DNA of 64,000 bases from Eutreptiella sp. 'Long Island Sound 2002' (Eukaryota; Protista; Euglenida), in assembly GCA_964036045.1 (NCBI GenBank), contig OZ038378.1, positions 147,126,001 through 147,190,000 of the forward strand, written 5' to 3'. Both the position numbers and the translations under genes were made by a program. Of this stretch, positions 58,207 to 64,000 are shown piece after piece; position 1 is the first letter of the stretch; the number at the start of each line of letters is the position of its first letter. Under the pieces are notes generated by a model. The model made no database searches. It was given only the letters and a program-made list of their open reading frames with translations, and was not told the DNA's origin.

Positions 58207-59307
58207 TCATGTTGGCTGCTTCACAGTTTGTGCGTAAGAGGGCTTTTTGGACTCAGCAGAAGCTGGTTTTTTCCTGTTGGCCATGGATTCACGCTTGAGA
58301 TTATTAAACTCATCTATGGGGATGATGGAAATTGAAATTTGTTTAGCTTCGTCATGAAGCATGACGCTTTGGTTTGCGGAGGCAAATTTGCCTTTTATTC
58401 GCCATGCGGCGGTGGAAAAGCGTCCCGGGTTCCATGTTGACCGGACCGCTGATTCAGCATGAAAACCGTTTTCATTGAGGAAAAACAATAGGGCTGGGCC
58501 CTGTAACCAAATGGGAACGTCATAAACGACTTTTAGATCAGAACGCCCCTCCGGTGAGGACGAGGCGGAAGAGGCGGAAGAGACTGACTCCGTGTCGGAT
58601 TTCCCTTTGAACCAGTCACGCTGGCGTTCGTCCTTGAACAGTAGGCCATTGGCCTTCATTTGGACATAGGGGCCAGATATGAACTGCTCAGTGGCGGACT
58701 CAGTGGAAAGGCCCAACCGCAGTTTGTTAAACCCGGTGACCTTCAGATACGTAGGGTCAGAAATATCAGAGAGAGCTTGCTTGACATTGCGCCAGAGATG
58801 TTTGGCGTAGTTTTCCTTGTGGGTCTTCTTATAGAAGACATCGAGAACGGTGTGGCAGTGAGGGAAAATAGAGCCGTCGAATTCCGACATGCTCATAAGT
58901 GCGAAAAAATCCAACTTTTTAAAATCAGCAGTGAAGATAGCGCACTGTGGTGCATCAAGATTGACCAGAAAGATTTTTGATTGTATGCCTTGCTGTCTCA
59001 GATTGACCGGTCCCGGAATGTTGAAACATTGGGACCCGGTCATGCCTAGCTTCAGCATTGTTTGTGTCATATCCTTTTCCGACATATGCACCGCATGGGA
59101 GTGGAGAGGGGACTCCGGCAACTGGCAGGGTTTGCGGTCCAGGCTTCGCCCCTGGGATAGCAATCTCGTAGAGAAACGGGCCGGTTCCAGCCTTTGATCT
59201 ATAGAAGTAGCAGTGTGCAGAATAACGAAAAAATCCCTGGGGTGTCCATCAGTGTCCTGTAGCTGTCTGGAAAGTCTTGAAAACGCCTGTGGCGTACAAG
59301 GTACTGT
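58207..59307 (-). CDS. LINE ORF1 (start uncertain, possibly 5'-truncated)
   Basis: Open frame of about 365 codons ending in TGA 4 nt before the ORF2 ATG, with a basic C-terminus. No recognised motif. Confidence 0.7.
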   Translation of the reverse strand, partial: TVPCTPQAFSRLSRQLQDTDGHPRDFFVILHTATSIDQRLEPARFSTRLLSQGRSLDRKPCQLPESPLHSHAVHMSEKDMTQTMLKLGMTGSQCFNIPGPVNLRQQGIQSKIFLVNLDAPQCAIFTADFKKLDFFALMSMSEFDGSIFPHCHTVLDVFYKKTHKENYAKHLWRNVKQALSDISDPTYLKVTGFNKLRLGLSTESATEQFISGPYVQMKANGLLFKDERQRDWFKGKSDTESVSSASSASSSPEGRSDLKVVYDVPIWLQGPALLFFLNENGFHAESAVRSTWNPGRFSTAAWRIKGKFASANQSVMLHDEAKQISISIIPIDEFNNLKRESMANRKKPASAESKKPSYAQTVKQPT

Positions 59308-59585
59308 GGCGCCTCGTGCCATGAGCCAGTGTACGGGCCGCACAGTGGGTGGTTATGCAGCCCAGCTTCTCTGCCAGGCGGAGGGCGGATATGACGCCTC
59401 GCAGCGTCCCAGGCTGCTGGCCCATGGCGGCGCGCCCGACGAGGTACCGGGACAGTGCCCCCGCTGCGTCCAGCTCGGGCCAGTGCGCCGCGAACCGGCC
59501 CACATCCCTGAAGATCGCGGTCCAACGCTCCACGGTACCCGGGGACCACCGCCGGATGGCCAGCGCGAGGGGCTCCTCCATGTAA

Positions 59586-60750
59586 TTGCCCCACCATAGG
59601 CTGTCCATTGCCGACCCCGCGTATCGCAGGTTGAGCGCTCCGCCTCCCTCGTCATCGGCGCTCCCCTCGCTGGCGGGCCGCTCGCCGCCGTGGGCACTGG
59701 GCCCTTCAGCAGTTGGCCGGCGCTGGGGCCGGCCCGGCCGGAAAGGGCTGGGGGGGCGGGGCAGGCGGTGCCGGGCACGGGCCGCCCACGGCCCAGTGGT
59801 TGCGGCCGCATCGAAAACATGGGTACGGGGGGGGGGCCAGTCGCGTCATAGGTGCGGCCCGTGCTGTGCGCAGTGTACAGGCTCTGGCTACCTACGGTAC
59901 TGAACCCCCCCCGGTACGAGCCGGCGACGGAACTTGCGACGGAAGGGGCCCGCCCCTGCCCACCACTGGCACAGTCCCTGGCGCAGTGCCCGTGCATGCC
60001 ACAGCGGAAGCATGCCCCGGGCGGAGCAGGGGCCGGGGTCTGCGCCTGAGGTGACGGCTGCGTCTGGGCCTGTTGCGGTGCAGGCTGCTGGGCCTGGGCG
60101 TACCATCCCTGCGGCGCTGGCCGTGTCGCTGCCCCAGCGGGGTGGGTGGGCGCGGGCTGGCAGTCCCTGTAGACCACCTTCCACACCGCCACCACAAGCG
60201 CATTGCCCTTCCCCATGGGGTCCTCCGTTTTGAGCCAGGTGTTCAAGGCCTGGATGAGCTCCTGCTGCCAGAGCCAGGGGTGCTGCCCAGAAGCTATTTT
60301 GGTGAGCTCTCCCTGAGACAGGGGTGGTACCTTTGGCAGCTGGAGCTCTCGGATGCGAGCCTCGAGCCGTCGTATCTCCGCCTGCTCCGCGGTCTCCTTC
60401 GGCTCCTGCGACTGATGGTCCCGCGGCGGCTCCTCCTGCTGCTCCCGGGCAGGCGGACTGGGTTGGGGTACTGCCTTCCACGCAGCCGCTTCGACGTCAA
60501 GCCGCAGGTTTGAGGAGCGCTCAAAGAGGGCCATGTATATCAGGGCCGTTGGGGCGTCAAGGCCGCCGCCAGCCCACTCCACAGCCCGTTCAACGCCCGC
60601 CACGGACAGGCCATCCTCCATCAGGCGCTCTTGGTACTGGGCGGCCATGATGCCAGCGTCCGCGCTGTCGAGGAACCCGTACGCGGTAGCCGCAGCAATG
60701 TCGCGCCACCGCTCCCAGCGCGCGTACTCGGGGGTCTTGACGGGGTCCTG
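59586..60750 (-). CDS. gag-like ORF of the YR element with zinc knuckle(s)
   Basis: Coiled-coil-like EIRRLEARIRELQ and CFRCGMHGHCARDC (59971-60013). A second CFRCGRNHW appears after a frame slip in the G run at ~59830. Confidence 0.8.
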
Positions 60751-62418
60751 GTTTGGTCTAAATTCACATCAGCCAACAAGCAAAAGCACATGCACACAGA
60801 AAACGATAAGTAGCGTCGGTATGCGAGTCTGGCCATCGACATACAAAATATAAAAGACAACTGAGCGGACAATCAGTGCAGACACATATACACCCAATCC
60901 TGCACAGACCAAACTTGGGTTTGCTTATGGCAAACCTCATTCCATGTCGTCCCGATTGAAGGCCAGCCTGGCCCGCTTCGCCCCGCGGCTTTCCCCACTG
61001 GCCGCTTCCGCTGATCCATTTGAGGTACCCTCTGGCATTTAAGCAGTCCCCAGGAGGTACACTCAGCAAAATAACATCAGCTGTACAGTACAAGGGGGGG
61101 GGGGTCTGCCTCAGTCTTAGCCTCAGCCACTGCACCCCCCCCCCTCCCAAAACCTCAGTTTTTATGGAAAACTTCGGCTTTGAGTGTTTATTTCTGCTTC
61201 TTTTTTGCCATCACTGTTTTGTTCTGGGAGAACTCTGATGGTATGTAAATTTTGTTGTGTTGTGTTGTTGTGATGGTTTCCGTTTGTCAATGTTTATCTG
61301 TGGGGTATTTTCCATAGAGCCTTGTATATTTTTGTCGGGGCCGTTGTTCTTGGTGCGGTGTGGTTTGCATGTTGCTGTTTGTTTTTTCAAGGAACCACCC
61401 GCTGGCGAATGCAAGTGGCGAAGAGCGGCAGCGACACTCGGGAAGTGCATCCAAGTAGCACCTTCGGGTGCAACTAGGCCGAGGGGACGCATCCATAGAT
61501 CAACACCCATCCCAAGGACTGGGATAGGAAAAAGGGTCTGAAAGGCACCCAGGATGAGAAGAGAGGGGGAAATTGTGAGTTGCACAACCAAGGGGCGCAC
61601 AACCTTCGGTAAACAATGCGCGGAGCACCAAGGAACATCAATAGACAACCGTGGTTGCTAAAAAACAACGATGACAAGGCGTACACAAAGAACTATTGTG
61701 CTCACCAGTGTTGGACGGAATGGACAAGAAAAAACGACACAAACACCTACCCAAAATGGCAAGAAACACACAAAATGCACAACAAGGCGGCCCAAAACCT
61801 TCACCAAGCAATGCACGAATATGAAAAAACACAAATATACATCAATCTACATCGATACACATTGGTGGGCCCCCAAAATCTGGTGTTTTCGGAAAATAAA
61901 CGTAAATATACGTATACTTTTGATTTGACCAGTGCCACGACCACCATTGAATTAAAGCTTGCTTGAACCTTGGGACGGGGCTATCACTGAAATCAGCGCT
62001 TTAGTCCTCCCTGTCACTAAAAAGGACCCGTTCCACCGGTTCCGCAGGTTTAGGGTCTAGTACAGACTGCAAGCGTAGGTAGAGGGTTGGGAGGCCGGCG
62101 ACGGGGTTTCTTTGTCCCTGGACTTTTGGTAGGCTTCCGTCATGGGTTCTCAGCCCAGTGCCTGCCAAACTGCTCTAGGTGACGGTGTGGCCTGGGGCAG
62201 TGGGGTCCTCAGCACAGTAAAGAGTGTTGGCAAGGACGGGGCTAGAGAAATTGCAGCATCATGAGATGAGCCATCGGAACTTGCTTGGTCTGGGTTATTG
62301 AACAATGCCATTGCCAGAGGGCAATCTATCTCTATATCATAAATTGACAGTCATGGCCTGTAATGTTTATCTGGAGCTGGCGGGCTTGGTTCGCCCCGTG
62401 GGTCCTCTTTTTCTGGTA

Positions 62419-63191
62419 CCCCCCCCCCCCTTGTATAAGCTACGCCAATGTACGGAATTATTACGGTCCCTACGCCTACTGTAGCTTGGACACGGGCGTA
62501 GCTTACGCGCAATAAATACAACTACTGACACACACGTGCGCGCGCGCATGGTATGAGTGCCCCTTGACCTCCGCCCACATTACCAAGTGCATGCAAACAC
62601 AAGAAGGCCTTGGGAACATGAAAGTTTCAGGTTTACACAAATGTTGGCACAAGCAATGAGGAATGCGAAGCCTACAAATGTTCGGCTCGGAAACCCTTCT
62701 TGCGATCATACACCATGCGGAACAATTGCACATGCTCACCACTTGAAGATGCCTTTGGCTGAGGCTTAGGGGCTGGTTTGGGCTTGGGCAACGTCAAATT
62801 CTTGGGAATGAAATTGCCTTGCATGTGGTCCCTTGTAAATTGGTCCCCCTTTTCTGATGGTCCCTTCATTGTAGCATCCACACGGTCACCGGTGGAACGT
62901 GTGAAAATAACTGGACGGCCAGGTTCAAAAAGAGAAGATTGCATGGTGAGCTGATGCAAGAAAGGGGAATATAAAGCACAAATATTCCCAAAATCAGAGC
63001 CATGTGGGTTGAAGTGGGTGAAGGCTTACAACAAATGTGTCCATGGCTCCATCTAATTGGCAAATGTGTCACCAAACCCATGTCTTTTGTGGCCGCACTA
63101 CATACCGTACGCAATTAAAATTACGTACACAATTATTACAGTCCCTACGCCTACTGTAGCTTGGACACGGGCGTAGCTTATACAAGGGGGG
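62419..63191. mobile_element. MITE-like element with 21 bp perfect TIR, longer member of the 6481-6843 family
   Basis: CCCCCTTGTATAAGCTACGCC ... GGCGTAGCTTATACAAGGGGG, with an internal direct repeat GTCCCTACGCCTACTGTAGCTTGGACACGGGCGTAGCTTA. Confidence 0.8.
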
Positions 63192-64000
63192 CCATGAGGC
63201 AACGGAAACTGGGTTCGCATACGCCCCCGTGTCACAGGCGCATGGTCATAACCACAATTGTTCAATGTCTTGCTTGCTGCACTGCAGCGTAGACCAGTTC
63301 TGTACCACACCAGGTGGTTTCTGACTGTGCATTGGCTCTGCTCCTCTGGACAGTGAGGTCAGCTCGCACCCACCACCCACCCGCAGTGCCGGTTAGACTC
63401 TAACCCGTGCCCTGCTGGTCGTGCCCCTGGCTTGCACTCTTTCCCTGGCACGTAAGGACGTGTCGTTGTCGTGCCCCTGGGGCGCAAAGGCGCCTGTGTT
63501 GGTGCAAAGGTCTCTACACTTCAGCATGTGCTCCTGCCGTCAGGTGTCTCAACAGTTCATTGCTCTACCGTGTGTGGCGTCTACCTTTTTCGCTCGACAC
63601 CATTCATGCGCATGCTGTCCTTTTTTTCTTGCCCACTGGCTTCCAGCTGCCTCACGTGGGCCGCACTCTCGCAGCCCCTGTCATGCTTGGGCTGTTCAAC
63701 ACGTGACGACGTGTCGAGCCTGTGGCTCAGGGGCGCTACGGCGCCCTGCTTTTTCATTTCTTGACTGTTCCATGCTGCCGTGGCGTCCCATTTACCCTGG
63801 TCAGCTCGAACCCACCACCCTCCCTTTGCGCCGGTTAGCCCCGGTCTCTTGCTCTGTGGGTCTCTCTCCTACTCTCTCCCTCCCAATCTCTCTTGCTCTC
63901 CCCTGCTCTATCTCTCGTGTTGCTCCTCTCTGTTCCTTTCCCACTGTGCTCTACCCTCTCTCTCTCTCTTTCTCTCTCCCTCTCTCTCGCGCCCAAAAAA

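Larger units (their letters stand above)
53580..59307 (-). mobile_element. Non-LTR retrotransposon (L1/Tx1-like LINE) with ORF1, APE-RT-zinc finger ORF2 and C-terminal RNase H
   Basis: See the component ORFs. The 3' terminus between 53580 and 52790 is not resolved and no poly(A) tail is visible. Confidence 0.92.
48951..61182 (-). mobile_element. Tyrosine-recombinase retrotransposon (gag-YR-RT/RH order, split direct repeats), defective, interrupted by a LINE-containing insert
   Basis: Contains gag with CCHC knuckle, YR and DIRS-type RT/RNase H. Terminal repeats are A1 61182-61042, B1 49381-49267, A2 49272-49132 and B2 49065-48951. Confidence 0.85.

Noticed and set aside
58200-58210. Stop-start (TAATG) coupling between LINE ORF1 and ORF2
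   Set aside because: The ORF1 stop is TGA four bases upstream of the ATG; the TAA belongs to another frame.
61177-61200. TGAGTGTTTATTTCT resembles part of euglenid spliced-leader sequences
   Set aside because: Only ~15 nt with a mismatch, no downstream GT donor or SL RNA body, and it is simply the flank of the YR element.

Overview
Repeat-rich, GC-rich eukaryotic DNA with GT-AG introns. The host may be a euglenozoan or other protist; this is inferred from the VIPER/TATE-type retroelement and pyrimidine-AG sites just before start codons, and is not proven. All recognisable host genes are on the minus strand: the first two exons of a DHHC palmitoyltransferase, a two-exon orphan gene, two intronless orphan paralogues, and a six-exon methionine synthase reductase (about 1294 aa) with three tandem flavodoxin domains. 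At 48951-61182 lies a delimitable tyrosine-recombinase retrotransposon with gag-YR-RT/RNaseH order, split direct repeats and a G(T/C)TTTG junction core. Nested in it is a 6.5 kb insert carrying a nearly intact L1/Tx1-like LINE (APE-RT-zinc finger-RNase H), flanked by a 447 bp direct duplication. The rest consists of PIF/Harbinger-type cargo-carrying elements, hAT-like MITEs, a composite repeat whose internal tRNA-like module differs between copies, a PIF1 helicase remnant, satellites and microsatellites. All alignments were made by eye and no database searches were run. Frameshifts in long G/C homopolymers may be assembly errors.
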